IMG/VR virus record: IMGVR_UViG_2684623176_000004
Location: 1-64,000 of that record
DNA length: 64,000 nt
Reading direction: 5' to 3' (one strand)
Origin: a virus
Lineage: Duplodnaviria > Caudoviricetes
Below, piece after piece: positions 29,043 through 40,454 of this stretch. The notes below the pieces were generated by a model. It did no database searches. It was not told the origin of the DNA and saw only the letters and a program-made list of their open reading frames with translations. Numbering within the stretch: position 1 is the stretch's first letter; each line of letters begins with the position of its first letter. The position numbers and the translations under genes are program-made.

Positions 29043-29078
29043 AAAATTTTTATTGATAATCCTGCCTCCTATGCCTTA

Positions 29079-32000
29079 CTATGCCTCAGCTCTTTTAGTT
29101 GTTAAACTAATATTGCCTTCACTATCAACATGATCAATTCTACAGACCGTGTGACTATAGATACTGTTCCTATATACTTTAGGAATAAAGTTATTGCCTC
29201 TTCTGAATCCAGTGAACATGAGCAAAGTTCCTCTGGTATACCAAGACTTCTCAACAACCTCTTTCTTGCCCCAGGCGACAGGTCGAGAAATCTGTTTATT
29301 ATAATGTCCAAAGCTACCTGCCCACTGTTTAACTGTTACCACCCCTGTAGGTGTAAGGAGTGTGATTGTATGTTTGTTTTTATCCCTATCTAGTACAGTT
29401 CCTACAATCCGAGTTGTCTCATATTCATAGAGAGTTCTTCCTCTCCATTGATATGGTTTCCCTTTAACCGGCTCTTCTGGTAGCTCATAAAAATCAACAA
29501 TGTCATATTTAGCAAAGTTAACACCAGAAAGCTCATGATCGGTATAATAATAGCTCAATGAATCCATTTCCCATTTGCCATATGTACCGCTAGCATATTT
29601 AATCCACTCATTATTGAGTAGTCTTCGATTTAAAAGATTTAGAGCCTCATCAGTTCCCAACCATTTTTTTAATGCAGTCATCTTTTTGTCATATTCTTTT
29701 TTAAATGCATTCTCTGAGATTATAAGATGTTCATTGTGAAAATCCACCACACAATTTTCATCAAAGTTTTGATTAAAGAACTCAGACGCTGCATCATCTA
29801 ATAAATAAAGCTTATCTTTAGGCGATTCGATTGTCTTAAAGACTTTCTTTGAAATATATTCTTTAAATTTAAAGCACCTAACTTCTAAAGCAAATTGTTC
29901 AGGAATCAAATCGTTTTCTAACATCATACCTATATTTGCCATGGTTAATTTCTTTTTAGGTTCGGCAATTATTGTGATGTACTTTTTCATGATTTCTTTT
30001 CGGTCATCAAAGGTATCAAAGCAGCCTCCCTTAATCAATTGAATTACTTGGCCTTTTTTGATTTTTCCTGTATAGAATAATTTATCAAGGAATTCTTCAA
30101 AGGATTCGTATGGCCTATTTGAAATTATTCGGTGAACTATTTCATCTCCAATTCCATTCATGCCTTTCATTCCAAAGATAATTGAGTTATTTTGAATATC
30201 TGCTTTAAAACCAAAACCAGCTTTATTAACATCCGGTAAATCAACCTTTATACCTCGATGGCGTATGCTTCCTATAGCCGAAGCAACTTTCCCATAGTCG
30301 CTTTTCTGAGTCTTCTTATTTCCATCTTTGTCTTCTGTTTCTTCGTCATTTTCAACACCTCCACTGTTAACTGTCAAACAGGCTGTATTCCAGTATAAAG
30401 GGTTATATCGATAGTTTAAGTTCAATTCCTGTAACGCAATAATGGAATACGCTAAAGTATGAAGTAGACTGAAACTGTAGCCAAACTGTCTTTTAAATTG
30501 AACATTCCATACATAATTCAAAAGAGCGTCTGACGCACCAACTTCCTTCCCTTTCTTGAAGAATAAGTTCTGAACTTCTTTTAATACATCTTCTTTTTTC
30601 TTTGCTATGGATTTTCTTAAATAATTTGACTCCTTAATATCGAAACCAGCTATATCTTTATCCATTACCATTTGCATGACAACTTCTTGAGTATCAGCAA
30701 CTCCATAAATGTCTTTTAAATATCGTTCAACCACCTTTATCCCAGCATTGCTTAGTCCATAATTGCGCATTTCTTCATACCATAGTGACATATTGTTCTT
30801 ATACTTTACATATGTGTCAACAGGTTGCTCTTCGCCATCAGACATTAAACGCATTAAAGAGTTTGTAACTGCCGCCTCAAGCAGGCTTTTGGGTTTAACT
30901 TTAATCACAGATTGGTGGCCGACCTCGGTCGAAAACTGGAACAAATCCATTACCTCTCCATTACCAGCCATTTCCCACAGCCTTGGATCTTCATATTCAA
31001 TTACGTCTGGATGAATGTATTTCTTGTATGTTTCCTTTAAATTTCCTTGCCATTCAATTTCTTTGTTTTCGATTAATTGGTCTAAAGTTACTCGAATCTT
31101 ATCTAAAGCCTCAATGGTCAGAAGATCAAACTTTACTGAGCCCATGGCTTCACTATCACCCATATTAAACTGTGTAATAAAAGCTCCTTTAGGAGTTTTC
31201 ATCATTGCATTCGACTTTGTATATTCATTGTTAAAGATAATAACTCCAGCTGCGTGAGAAGACCGTTTATTAGTTAATCCTTCAATTTTCAGAGCTGTTT
31301 CTTTAAGATTGGGGTATTGTTCAACCTCTCTAATAAACTCTTTCATTGGTTTTCTGTTAGTTTCTTTGTCACCATAAAAACAATGCGTCAAAGGCCAGTT
31401 AGACCCTCTTTCATAAGGAATCATCCCACTTAAATATTCAGATATATCGTTATCTATCCCTAAGCCTCTACATGCTGTCTTAAGCGCTGATTTTGAGCCC
31501 TCAGTTCCAAAAGTGGCAATTTGAAGAACACGTTTGTCTCCGAATCTTTTTCTAAGTGCCTTAAGAATTTTTTGTCTTTTTGATCCTTCAGTATCAATAT
31601 CGATATCTGGAAGATCAGGTCTAGATTTATGTATATGTCTCCAATGTGGTAAATCATATTGCATTGGATTAAATTGAGTGTTGTCGAGTAAATAGTTAAC
31701 GAGGTATCCTGCTGCACTCCCCCTTGCTGCCCCAACCAAACTATCTCCACCACACTCATCATCCCAAATAATATTAATTATTTCTCTGACTGTTATGTAA
31801 TAAGAAGGCATGGACTGGTTTAGCTTTTGGCTGATTTCCCAAAGCTCCCCTAGTTCAACATTAATCCTATTTAATATTTTGTGAAATGCTTCCTTTGTTA
31901 GTTCATTTGTTTTCAGCTTATCATCAAAACCATCTTCAATTAATTTTAAAAGATATCTGTCCTGCTCATCTTTTGATTCTGACATCTTCTTTATATACTC

Positions 32001-33008
32001 ATACTCATTATATGCTGGTTTAAACAAATGCCTTAAATTAAACTGTGGTAGCTCCATTTTAGGGATAATCGGATCATGTTCTATGGTGTAGTCGTCAATC
32101 ATCTCTCCAATAAGCAATGTATTATCAATTGCCTGGTCAACGATCTCTTTTTCAATGTAGTCCATTCTCTCATGAATTTCATCAACACTTTGAACAAAAC
32201 ATGCCTCATAAAAAGAGTCGACTTCTCTCTCTCCATCCTTGGCGTTTAAAAAGGCTTGATGAATTGCCCTGTCTTCCGGTCTAAGAAAGTGTGCATCAGT
32301 TGTGACAATCATTTTCAACCCATAGCCGTTAGCTATATCAACAAGTTTCTTATTACAATAAATCTGCTCTTCACTTAAAGCTGGCTGAAGCTCAATAAAG
32401 AACTTATCTTTCCCAAAGACTTTAATACACCATGTTATAAACTCATGAATTTTTAACTTGTGCTGCTTGATTGACTGAATGTCTCCTTTTTCTTCGCATT
32501 CTTTAATTTTAAGTAAATTGATATTCACCTCAGAGCCAAGACAAGCTGTTGTAGCGATAATATGACCTGGATCTTTGCTAAGCAGTCCTTCTACATCCTT
32601 TTTAACTGTTGGCACTCTTTCCATTGTTCCTGTATAAAATGAATTTTCCCAGGCTTGTGAAGACAGTATTCTTAGCTGCTCATGTCCTGTAGGGTCAATT
32701 GCCAACATTAGAAAGTGCGGAAACTTTGTCTGTCCTGACTTATAGTTATCCCGGACTTCTTCCAGTGAATCGACTAAATATGCTTCATTCCCCAATATGA
32801 GTTTAAAATCTGCAGGCATATCCCCTTCCTTCTTCATTTCTCTGACAGTCTTAATTGCTTCCAAATGCGCTGAAAGAACCTCATGGTCAGTAATGGCTAA
32901 TCCTTTATAATTCATCTGAACCGCTGTTTTAAGCAATTCTCCTACTGAATTTGTTGAATCGAGAAGCCTTATGTTACTTTTATCAGTGTGGCAGTGACAT
33001 CCAATCAA
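29079..33008 (-). CDS. yorL: DNA polymerase III alpha subunit (YorL/DnaE-like)
   Basis: PHP domain (HCH, ITDH), ARGSAAG, PDIDID and HAAG motifs. Confidence 0.95.
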   Translation of the reverse strand: MIGCHCHTDKSNIRLLDSTNSVGELLKTAVQMNYKGLAITDHEVLSAHLEAIKTVREMKKEGDMPADFKLILGNEAYLVDSLEEVRDNYKSGQTKFPHFLMLAIDPTGHEQLRILSSQAWENSFYTGTMERVPTVKKDVEGLLSKDPGHIIATTACLGSEVNINLLKIKECEEKGDIQSIKQHKLKIHEFITWCIKVFGKDKFFIELQPALSEEQIYCNKKLVDIANGYGLKMIVTTDAHFLRPEDRAIHQAFLNAKDGEREVDSFYEACFVQSVDEIHERMDYIEKEIVDQAIDNTLLIGEMIDDYTIEHDPIIPKMELPQFNLRHLFKPAYNEYEYIKKMSESKDEQDRYLLKLIEDGFDDKLKTNELTKEAFHKILNRINVELGELWEISQKLNQSMPSYYITVREIINIIWDDECGGDSLVGAARGSAAGYLVNYLLDNTQFNPMQYDLPHWRHIHKSRPDLPDIDIDTEGSKRQKILKALRKRFGDKRVLQIATFGTEGSKSALKTACRGLGIDNDISEYLSGMIPYERGSNWPLTHCFYGDKETNRKPMKEFIREVEQYPNLKETALKIEGLTNKRSSHAAGVIIFNNEYTKSNAMMKTPKGAFITQFNMGDSEAMGSVKFDLLTIEALDKIRVTLDQLIENKEIEWQGNLKETYKKYIHPDVIEYEDPRLWEMAGNGEVMDLFQFSTEVGHQSVIKVKPKSLLEAAVTNSLMRLMSDGEEQPVDTYVKYKNNMSLWYEEMRNYGLSNAGIKVVERYLKDIYGVADTQEVVMQMVMDKDIAGFDIKESNYLRKSIAKKKEDVLKEVQNLFFKKGKEVGASDALLNYVWNVQFKRQFGYSFSLLHTLAYSIIALQELNLNYRYNPLYWNTACLTVNSGGVENDEETEDKDGNKKTQKSDYGKVASAIGSIRHRGIKVDLPDVNKAGFGFKADIQNNSIIFGMKGMNGIGDEIVHRIISNRPYESFEEFLDKLFYTGKIKKGQVIQLIKGGCFDTFDDRKEIMKKYITIIAEPKKKLTMANIGMMLENDLIPEQFALEVRCFKFKEYISKKVFKTIESPKDKLYLLDDAASEFFNQNFDENCVVDFHNEHLIISENAFKKEYDKKMTALKKWLGTDEALNLLNRRLLNNEWIKYASGTYGKWEMDSLSYYYTDHELSGVNFAKYDIVDFYELPEEPVKGKPYQWRGRTLYEYETTRIVGTVLDRDKNKHTITLLTPTGVVTVKQWAGSFGHYNKQISRPVAWGKKEVVEKSWYTRGTLLMFTGFRRGNNFIPKVYRNSIYSHTVCRIDHVDSEGNISLTTKRAEA

Positions 33009-33020
33009 TTTTCATCCCCC

Positions 33021-34748
33021 TTAAAACACAAGTTCTTTTTTATTTGTACGAACCACCTCCAAGTCATAAATTTCAATTTGAGGTGTTTGCCTGCCCTTAT
33101 ATTCATTTACCTTTGCCTTACCAACAACATTAAGTATTAAAGTTCCATTTGATTGAGTAAGTTTCTCAAAGTATTCTGTATCGCTTTTAAAGCGTATGTA
33201 TTCAATGTCTCCATACTTAAATTTAACCGTTGTCTTATTCTTTTTCCCTAAATGCTCAATTTGTTCGATGTCAATTTCAAGTTCTGTTATAGCTATTAAT
33301 GGTTCTTCGACTTTGTAGCCCCAAAAGTCTTTGTAGCTATACAGCTTAATTAAAAATTCCTTTCTAAGTTGATTAGCCGGTATCTCAAAGTCAACATTTT
33401 GAACTTCTTCACCTGTCTCTACATCTTTAAATTTTTCATTTAGAACTTCATTAACCAAAATCAAGTTTTCACGTTTGATTGCAAATCCGGCTGCATTTGG
33501 ATGGCCTTTAACAAATTCAAATAGTCCTGTATCTGTTAGCTCTTTTTTAAAGTCTTTGATGTAGCCATCCTCATACCCTCGAATAGACCCGCTCAACACC
33601 CCTTCTTCTTCATCGCTTTTCCTAGTCAGCAAGACTGGCTTTTTATATTCGTTTGCAAGTACATTTGCGACCAGCCCAGTTAAGGCTTTATCCAAAATTC
33701 CCTCAGTGTAGACTATAAGTACTTTATTAGCTGCCAAATTCTTTTCTTCAATTCTGTTTTTAATTTCAACAGTAGCTGCATCAACAATGCGTTTCTGTTT
33801 AGCTTTAAGGTTCCCCAAAATCCTGGCTGTGTCATCGTGAATTGACACCAGATTAATTTCATCTTGTCCACGTTTTTTGTATGGAACTTTTTCTTTAGAC
33901 AACAGAAACGATCTCAACAATTGATCTTTTTCTTCACCGCTACCGACCCTTATAGCTGCGTTAATTAACGGATTAATATAGAACTGTGTATTCTGTATGT
34001 TTTTGCAACCCTTGGTTGAAAACTCTTGCTTTTTAAACAGTTTTTTGATTAATGGGTGCTTAATGTTCCTCAAGCCTTCAATCATAAAGTACCTGGTCTC
34101 TAGATTCCTTGAATCAGCTGAATCGGCAATATTTCCAATAGAAACCAGGTCTAAAAATTGTTCCGCTTTGTTTTTACCTAGCTTATAATCAATAGCCTGG
34201 CAAAGTTTATATGCCATTCCAGCACCCGTTAATGTTTTGTTTGAATACTCATTTGAGAGTTGATTATTGACAACTATAGCGTGTTGAGATTCTCTTTCAC
34301 ATTCATGATGGTCAATAACAATTACATCTACGCCATTCTTTTCTAGCTCCTCATGTTCTTCAATTTGACTTGACCCAGCATCCGGAATTAAAACTAAGTC
34401 GACTTCTTCAGGAATTGTATCAATGAAAATGCCATGCTCTTTGCCCTCATGAATCCGGTATTGTATATCAGCTTTCGGATAAATTGCTTTTATGTAATTG
34501 ATAATGATTGAACTGGATGTATACCCATCTACATCACTATCTACTTGAACAAATATTTTATTTTTATTCTCTAAATGCTTTATTAAACAATCAGCTGCTT
34601 TATCAATATTATTGAGTTTTGAAAAATGAATGACTGAGCTCTGATTCACATCAATAAAGCTCTGGGGATTTTCAATCCCTCTGTTTTTTAAGATTGTCAA
34701 TAATGGGTTGAAATTATAATCATTGTTACCAATGAGCTTATAAGCCAC
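33021..34748 (-). CDS. yorK: RecJ-like ssDNA exonuclease (YorK-like)
   Basis: DSDVDG, DHH, GSIR and GH..AAG motifs. Confidence 0.92.
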   Translation of the reverse strand: MAYKLIGNNDYNFNPLLTILKNRGIENPQSFIDVNQSSVIHFSKLNNIDKAADCLIKHLENKNKIFVQVDSDVDGYTSSSIIINYIKAIYPKADIQYRIHEGKEHGIFIDTIPEEVDLVLIPDAGSSQIEEHEELEKNGVDVIVIDHHECERESQHAIVVNNQLSNEYSNKTLTGAGMAYKLCQAIDYKLGKNKAEQFLDLVSIGNIADSADSRNLETRYFMIEGLRNIKHPLIKKLFKKQEFSTKGCKNIQNTQFYINPLINAAIRVGSGEEKDQLLRSFLLSKEKVPYKKRGQDEINLVSIHDDTARILGNLKAKQKRIVDAATVEIKNRIEEKNLAANKVLIVYTEGILDKALTGLVANVLANEYKKPVLLTRKSDEEEGVLSGSIRGYEDGYIKDFKKELTDTGLFEFVKGHPNAAGFAIKRENLILVNEVLNEKFKDVETGEEVQNVDFEIPANQLRKEFLIKLYSYKDFWGYKVEEPLIAITELEIDIEQIEHLGKKNKTTVKFKYGDIEYIRFKSDTEYFEKLTQSNGTLILNVVGKAKVNEYKGRQTPQIEIYDLEVVRTNKKELVF

Positions 34749-35884
34749 TAAATTCCTCCTTCGTTCGTATTGATTTCAATTTTTCTTCTCATCAACTCCT
34801 CTAAAACGTCTTTCCCCTTATCAGCTGGACTGTCCTTATAATCCAACATGGTTTCGAAATCCCATAAAACATACACACGAACATACGGTGTGAATTTTGC
34901 AGCAAGCCTCAGGATTTTCTTCTGATACTCAAGCAGTTTACGTTGATACGTTTCCTCCGTTTCATGGTCTTTCGGTGGCCGGTATTTATCGAGAGCAATA
35001 AACACTTCTTCCACGCCAAGAGAAAGTAAGATATCTCGGTGAAAATTTGAAATGTTATTTGAACAGACTGCACATGTGAAATTTGCTTCTCCATAAAAGT
35101 CCTGGCATTTTAATACTGACTTTTCTGATTCAAAAATTAAGGCTTTCTTAAACCTTTCAATTGAATCTTTTGTTTTATGTAATCCATATAAATTCATCAT
35201 GGTCTGATGATTATACAAGGTGTTCCCAACTTTTAAAGGCATATATTTATAGCCGGCGTCAACCTCCTCTTTAATAAGAGATCGTCTACGTATGCCAATC
35301 AATCTATTGTTTAAATCTCGATGTGGAATGGTTATACCTTCTGTGTAGCTTCTAAAATAGTATCCAATTTCAAAATCGTTTAATGTTTGTATGCTTATTC
35401 CCTCGTCCAACCACATTTGATGAGGATAAGGCATAAACACATCTAAAACAGTTTCATTGAAGCTGGGAAGTTCAATGTCTATCTTTTTCTTCTTATTGAA
35501 CTTCCCCATCCATTCCCAGTCATCAATCAAATCATTGTTCGTGAATGTCTCTCTATTACCGAAACCAAATGTTCTCCCAGCTAGCCTTGCAACATACTCA
35601 ATGGCTTGATTGAAAGGTATATTGATCCCTTTTTGTCTTTTTGCTCGTATGACAAGCTCAAAGACATCGAATGTGTCTCCACATTCTGTATAGCAATGAA
35701 ACTGCTTTGCTTCGTGGTAATAATACAGCTTGTAGCTTCCACCAGAAGCGTTATGGCAAACGGTTCTGTATATTGGGTTTCCTTGTTGATCCCATTGATT
35801 ATTTTCGCTACCCAATTCTTTTAATAATTTATGTATATCCTCAAGCGTAAGACTTTCTTTTATTCTGTCCTTATCATATTTCAA
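34748..35884 (-). CDS. yorJ: DNA primase (YorJ-like)
   Basis: CH...FHCYTEC zinc finger and TOPRIM-like FESEKS. Confidence 0.85.
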   Translation of the reverse strand: MKYDKDRIKESLTLEDIHKLLKELGSENNQWDQQGNPIYRTVCHNASGGSYKLYYYHEAKQFHCYTECGDTFDVFELVIRAKRQKGINIPFNQAIEYVARLAGRTFGFGNRETFTNNDLIDDWEWMGKFNKKKKIDIELPSFNETVLDVFMPYPHQMWLDEGISIQTLNDFEIGYYFRSYTEGITIPHRDLNNRLIGIRRRSLIKEEVDAGYKYMPLKVGNTLYNHQTMMNLYGLHKTKDSIERFKKALIFESEKSVLKCQDFYGEANFTCAVCSNNISNFHRDILLSLGVEEVFIALDKYRPPKDHETEETYQRKLLEYQKKILRLAAKFTPYVRVYVLWDFETMLDYKDSPADKGKDVLEELMRRKIEINTNEGGI

Positions 35885-35899
35885 AGGGTGCTACACCCC

Positions 35900-37414
35900 T
35901 TATCCTGCTTTAATATTCAATTTTTCAACTGTAATTAATTCGTTATCGATATTTGTTGTGAAACAATCCTTGATCCGCATATTCCCCATATTTATATGGG
36001 AGAAGACTTTTACTTTGTCGTACTCATTCCCCCTGTTTTTAAACACATGTGTAACAAAATTTGGCTCTGGGTAAAATCCTGCTTTTAAGATTGGCTCAAT
36101 TGCATCCTTCTCTTTTTTACTTAAAGGAAGAATAATCATTGCACCATCAGTCTTATCGGCAATAGCTTTACTTCCTCTCAGGTAAGATGCGTCTATTACT
36201 TGTCCTTTTTGCCATGCCTCTTTCCAATCACCATTTAACTGAGTAGCACTCATCATATAAACATCGTATTTGTTACATAAGCCCTTTAACTTATCAGACA
36301 TAAGCAAAAGGATTTGATCCTCTCTTAAGTTGACCCCGCTTTTTTTACTCATCTCCGAAAAAATTGTCACTGATGAGTGAATATAATCAAAGTAAATGTA
36401 CTCAACATTATTTTTAATTACATTCTTTTCAATCGTTCTCTCGATCTCTTGGATATTAAAATCAGGAAGATGCTCGAACCAAATTTTAGACTGCTGAAGT
36501 ACTTTAGCAGCTTTGCGCACAAGCTGTTTTTCTTGCTCATTAATAGTATTCCTAAGTATTTTTTTCTCTTCTACGCCACTAATATAGGCAAGTGCCAAGC
36601 TTTGCAATTCCTCTGCCATCATTTCCGTTGAGATGACCGTGGAACTTTTATTCCAAGGATTTTTCACCCATTCCTTCTTTTTAAGGTCGTACAACTCAGT
36701 TGCACTTAATCGACAAGCATCAGCAACCATATTCCTTGTTTTACCTCCGCCTGTAATACTTGAACGAATGTAAAACTTTTTCTTACGAGACCCACGGAAA
36801 ATTGACGTAAGCATTTCGCTATTTAATGGGACTCCAATATCTGGTGACTCCTCAAAAGAATCTAATAACTCATCAATGCCTTCTCCACCTTGAATTCCCA
36901 CACTTTCAGATGAGGTTCGAAACTTCTCTTTTACATCTACAATCTTCATTTCATAAGCTGCTAGAATTTCGTCAATCGATTTCTTATCAAACTGTTCCTG
37001 CATTTTTTCTTGTTCTTTTGGATCAATTATAGTTTCATCATAAATCTCTTTGATATCGAAACCTAAACCACTCATTTCTCTGAGCAAACTAAACTTTTTT
37101 AGTCTTTTGTAATGGTAATCAAAGTTTTCGACTACAGCCAGCTCTTGAATTCTTTCGATGTATTCAAGGCCATTGTTATCATGAAAAATTTTATATTGGA
37201 TGTCGTAATCTTTTAGATATCCATCTATCTCAACCTCATTCAATACTTCCGTCCCTTGATGGAATAAGTTACTCATAGCAAAAAACAGTATTGAGTGAAA
37301 TCTTGAAGGAAAATCTTCCGAAGTAATCCTATACTTGTTGCTTTCAGACAAGATTGTGGGATCCTTGAGTACGCTCCCCAACACTTGTATAATTGCTTTT
37401 TTGTCTTGTAGCAA
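35900..37414 (-). CDS. yorI: DnaB-like replicative helicase (YorI-like)
   Basis: TGGGKT, STEM, FDYIH, ATQLN and KNR motifs. Confidence 0.9.
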   Translation of the reverse strand: MLQDKKAIIQVLGSVLKDPTILSESNKYRITSEDFPSRFHSILFFAMSNLFHQGTEVLNEVEIDGYLKDYDIQYKIFHDNNGLEYIERIQELAVVENFDYHYKRLKKFSLLREMSGLGFDIKEIYDETIIDPKEQEKMQEQFDKKSIDEILAAYEMKIVDVKEKFRTSSESVGIQGGEGIDELLDSFEESPDIGVPLNSEMLTSIFRGSRKKKFYIRSSITGGGKTRNMVADACRLSATELYDLKKKEWVKNPWNKSSTVISTEMMAEELQSLALAYISGVEEKKILRNTINEQEKQLVRKAAKVLQQSKIWFEHLPDFNIQEIERTIEKNVIKNNVEYIYFDYIHSSVTIFSEMSKKSGVNLREDQILLLMSDKLKGLCNKYDVYMMSATQLNGDWKEAWQKGQVIDASYLRGSKAIADKTDGAMIILPLSKKEKDAIEPILKAGFYPEPNFVTHVFKNRGNEYDKVKVFSHINMGNMRIKDCFTTNIDNELITVEKLNIKAG

Positions 37415-37428
37415 ATGGACTCTCCTTC

Positions 37429-37899
37429 CTATAATGTTGAGATGTCAACAAGTCCCCTTTTCTTTCTCAATCCCTTTTTTATAACTAACGTGATCTCTTC
37501 TCTTTTGTGATTTTTAGGGTCTTCAGCTGACTTTTGGATTGCCTTTTGTTTAATGTAATGTCGCTTGGCCTCGTCATATACAAAAGGGACAATTCCAATG
37601 CCATCACCTTCTCTTGGATGATTCTCTAGTGTTTCATAAAAGTACTTAAGCGCAAGCTCAATTCCTTTTAGCTTATAACCATAATCCTCTTGAAACTCTT
37701 TGATTTGTTTTAACATCATACCGGTCGGAGATGAAAGACCATATAAATTGCATATGTATTGAAGTAGCTCTTTTCGATGGTCTGCCTCTTGTCTCCACGT
37801 GTTGAAACACTGTTCATGGTAGTATCTTTTTTTATAAGGAATCGCTAAATCTTTATCTAATTTAGTCTCACAATATGGACATTTGACTTGTCTTCCCAA
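37429..37899 (-). CDS. yorH: Zn-binding replication-module protein (YorH-like)
   Basis: CPYC...H..C; synteny. Confidence 0.7.
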   Translation of the reverse strand: MGRQVKCPYCETKLDKDLAIPYKKRYYHEQCFNTWRQEADHRKELLQYICNLYGLSSPTGMMLKQIKEFQEDYGYKLKGIELALKYFYETLENHPREGDGIGIVPFVYDEAKRHYIKQKAIQKSAEDPKNHKREEITLVIKKGLRKKRGLVDISTL

Positions 37900-37939
37900 A
37901 TGATCACCCCTATTAAGGAGGAGGGAACAATCCCCCAGT

Positions 37940-38911
37940 TTATTTAGATAGAAGATCTTTTAGGTCATCCAAAATTACAGACATGACGTTTACTTGTTTG
38001 CGGCTGCATTCAGTCACTTTAACTCCCTTGCCTAAATGTTTCTCTGTAATCTGATTAACCTCTTCCAATCGTCCTTCTTCATTGAGCTTAATTCCAACTT
38101 CTTTGATTTGCTCCATCAAAGAGTCATAATCAAGCTCCTCTGAAGCATTATTTTGTTTTTGCTCTTCATATGTAACGGCAACAATACCTTCTGCTTCTTC
38201 CTGTCTTTTAACTGCCTCGATAATGGCCTTCTCCAGGTTCTCTGCAGTGAACTCAGGTAGGTATGTGTCAATGTAATCGAAACGGCTGCGTGCAAAGTGC
38301 TCTTCTGTTTCAGCTAACCAAGCGCTTGATTTGATAACCTTTCTGTCTTCATCAACACCATTAGAACTTAGATAAAGTACAATATCACTGTTATCAATAA
38401 CAGGGGCCAATACACGTTTATCACCCTTAGGATAAACCTTTCCTTTTTTGTCCTCTGCAGCATGAGCAATAAAGATTACGGTAAACCCTACACTAATTAA
38501 TTTATTGATTTCTTCCCAAACTTCTGTTTCATACTCTTTCCAAAGACCAAACCCATCATTTCCATCTTTAATCCGTTCTACATCATATTGCTCACAAACA
38601 TATCTAGTTGCATATTTAGCAAATGCATCTACTTCATCAACAATAATTGTCTGATACGTTTCTTTTGCCTTTTCTGCATTTTTGGTTAACTGTTTATTAA
38701 CCTTCTTAAAATCCGCCCAGCTATTAATAGCCATAAATTTAACACCTGCGATGGCATTTAAACCTTTTTCAAATGGCAAGTATAAAGGCTTCTTCATTCG
38801 TGTGCTTTGTTTTGTCTTACCCAAGTTGTTAGAACCATAGATAGTAATAACTTTTCCTTCTAAACCTTTTGCGACTACTGAAACTTGAGGATTGAAAATA
38901 TCGATTGCCAT
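37940..38911 (-). CDS. yorG: AAA ATPase, Sak4-like (YorG-like)
   Basis: GSNNLGKT and IIVDE motifs. Confidence 0.8.
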   Translation of the reverse strand: MAIDIFNPQVSVVAKGLEGKVITIYGSNNLGKTKQSTRMKKPLYLPFEKGLNAIAGVKFMAINSWADFKKVNKQLTKNAEKAKETYQTIIVDEVDAFAKYATRYVCEQYDVERIKDGNDGFGLWKEYETEVWEEINKLISVGFTVIFIAHAAEDKKGKVYPKGDKRVLAPVIDNSDIVLYLSSNGVDEDRKVIKSSAWLAETEEHFARSRFDYIDTYLPEFTAENLEKAIIEAVKRQEEAEGIVAVTYEEQKQNNASEELDYDSLMEQIKEVGIKLNEEGRLEEVNQITEKHLGKGVKVTECSRKQVNVMSVILDDLKDLLSK

Positions 38912-38999
38912 TTAAACTCTCCTTTAATTTTGATTTGATGGGTGAGTCAAAGCCCACCCCAGTTATGTATTTTTATTTAAACTATTTTATTTTTATCTA

Positions 39000-39914
39000 T
39001 TAAAAAGGGAGGTCATCATCTGAAATTTCAACCGGCTTTGAAAGCTTGTTATTAGGAGCACTTCCGCCAAACCCAGACTTTTTATTATTCTCATTGCCAC
39101 TTTCATTCTTAAGCTCATCTAGGTAAATCTCTCTTTCAGTCAACGCTTTTTTAATTGCATCTGCATTAAAAGCATTCTTGCTATCCTCATCATATGGATC
39201 ATTGCCACCTGTAATTAGGTACTCTCTTTTCGAATTAATAGTGATTTCTTTCTTGTCTTCGCCAAATGCTGCTGCTTTGGTCGTTACTTTTTGCTCTTTA
39301 AAGTTAATAATCTTTCCAAAAACGTTAACCGTAGACCCTTTTTCATAATTATTTTCAACGTAATGAGACCCTTCTTTTGTGACTACAAATTCAAACGGAA
39401 TTACTTTCCCACCATATAAAGGAATATAACCATTTAAATTAACTCTGCCTGTTTCTTCACCTTTTACTTTTTCTTCGATTACATTCTTTACAAACAGCTC
39501 AACATCAAATTCTGCTCTTGGATTGAATTCTTCATTGGCGTCCAGTCTATTTACAAAGTTAGTCGTTAACTGTGGATACGCCTTTAAAATTCCTTGTGAG
39601 TAATATTCGTTCAATCCAATCTTTCCTTGGGTGATTCTCACTTTATCAGCTTGATCTCTCCCGTGTTCTGCAATGGACTTATATTCACTGATAATGGTTT
39701 GATAACCTTTGGCAATAGCATTATCTGTGCCATCAGCTTTCTTATATTTTGAAAAGCCCTTCACTGTATGTACTTCATTTGGCGCAACCTCAATGTCTAA
39801 TTCAATATTTAGCCCTTTACCACTTTTCCATTCAGTGTGTTTAACCTCAGCCAGTGTTCCCTCAATAGTTACAACATTTGATGCTTCACGTAGTACTGTT
39901 TTATTTTCTGTCAT
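39000..39914 (-). CDS. yorF: SSB-like protein (YorF-like)
   Basis: Acidic C-terminal tail DDDLPF; synteny. Confidence 0.75.
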   Translation of the reverse strand: MTENKTVLREASNVVTIEGTLAEVKHTEWKSGKGLNIELDIEVAPNEVHTVKGFSKYKKADGTDNAIAKGYQTIISEYKSIAEHGRDQADKVRITQGKIGLNEYYSQGILKAYPQLTTNFVNRLDANEEFNPRAEFDVELFVKNVIEEKVKGEETGRVNLNGYIPLYGGKVIPFEFVVTKEGSHYVENNYEKGSTVNVFGKIINFKEQKVTTKAAAFGEDKKEITINSKREYLITGGNDPYDEDSKNAFNADAIKKALTEREIYLDELKNESGNENNKKSGFGGSAPNNKLSKPVEISDDDLPF

Positions 39915-39941
39915 TTAAATAATCAACCTCTTTCTTTTTGT

Positions 39942-40316
39942 TTATATTTTATTTTTATCCTTAAAATGCCTATAATGAGACTTGCTACTAAACTTACAAT
40001 CCTTTATACCAAGTAGCTTGTTTAATTCTATGTATCTCTTTTTTGGAAAGTCCCAAGGTTCTGGATCACCTTTTACATTTTCAATCCTTATTACTGTTCC
40101 ATGCCGAATTGTGATCTTTAAATTTCCATATGAGTATGTTTTAGAAAAAAGACCTCTCTTAATTCCTCTTGGTTTAAATTCCTTTACCAACATCACATTC
40201 CTGGTTAATTTTCTCCTTGCTTGGTCTTTGTCAATGTCGTAATTCCTTTTGACATCATTTTTGTAGGTATGTAAGGCTTCGTCAGATACTTTCAGTATCT
40301 TTAATTCCTTTTTCAT
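39942..40316 (-). CDS. Hypothetical protein (YorE-like)
   Basis: AGGAGG RBS; first gene of the replication operon. Confidence 0.65.
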   Translation of the reverse strand: MKKELKILKVSDEALHTYKNDVKRNYDIDKDQARRKLTRNVMLVKEFKPRGIKRGLFSKTYSYGNLKITIRHGTVIRIENVKGDPEPWDFPKKRYIELNKLLGIKDCKFSSKSHYRHFKDKNKI

Positions 40317-40349
40317 CTCTTTCCTCCTTTCTCTCATTAGGATAATTTA

Positions 40350-40401
40350 ATCTTACATCACCAAAACTCAATCGTCAATAACTATTTTATTTTTATTCTA
40401 A
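40350..40401 (-). promoter_or_regulatory. SigA-type promoter of the replication operon with SPbeta repeated element
   Basis: GAATAAAAATAAAATA followed by TTGACG-N17-TAAGAT. Confidence 0.7.
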
Positions 40402-40454
40402 AAAGTTTTAAAAAGAGTTGAGCTACTATCTGCAGCTCGACAAAGTGCTTTTAT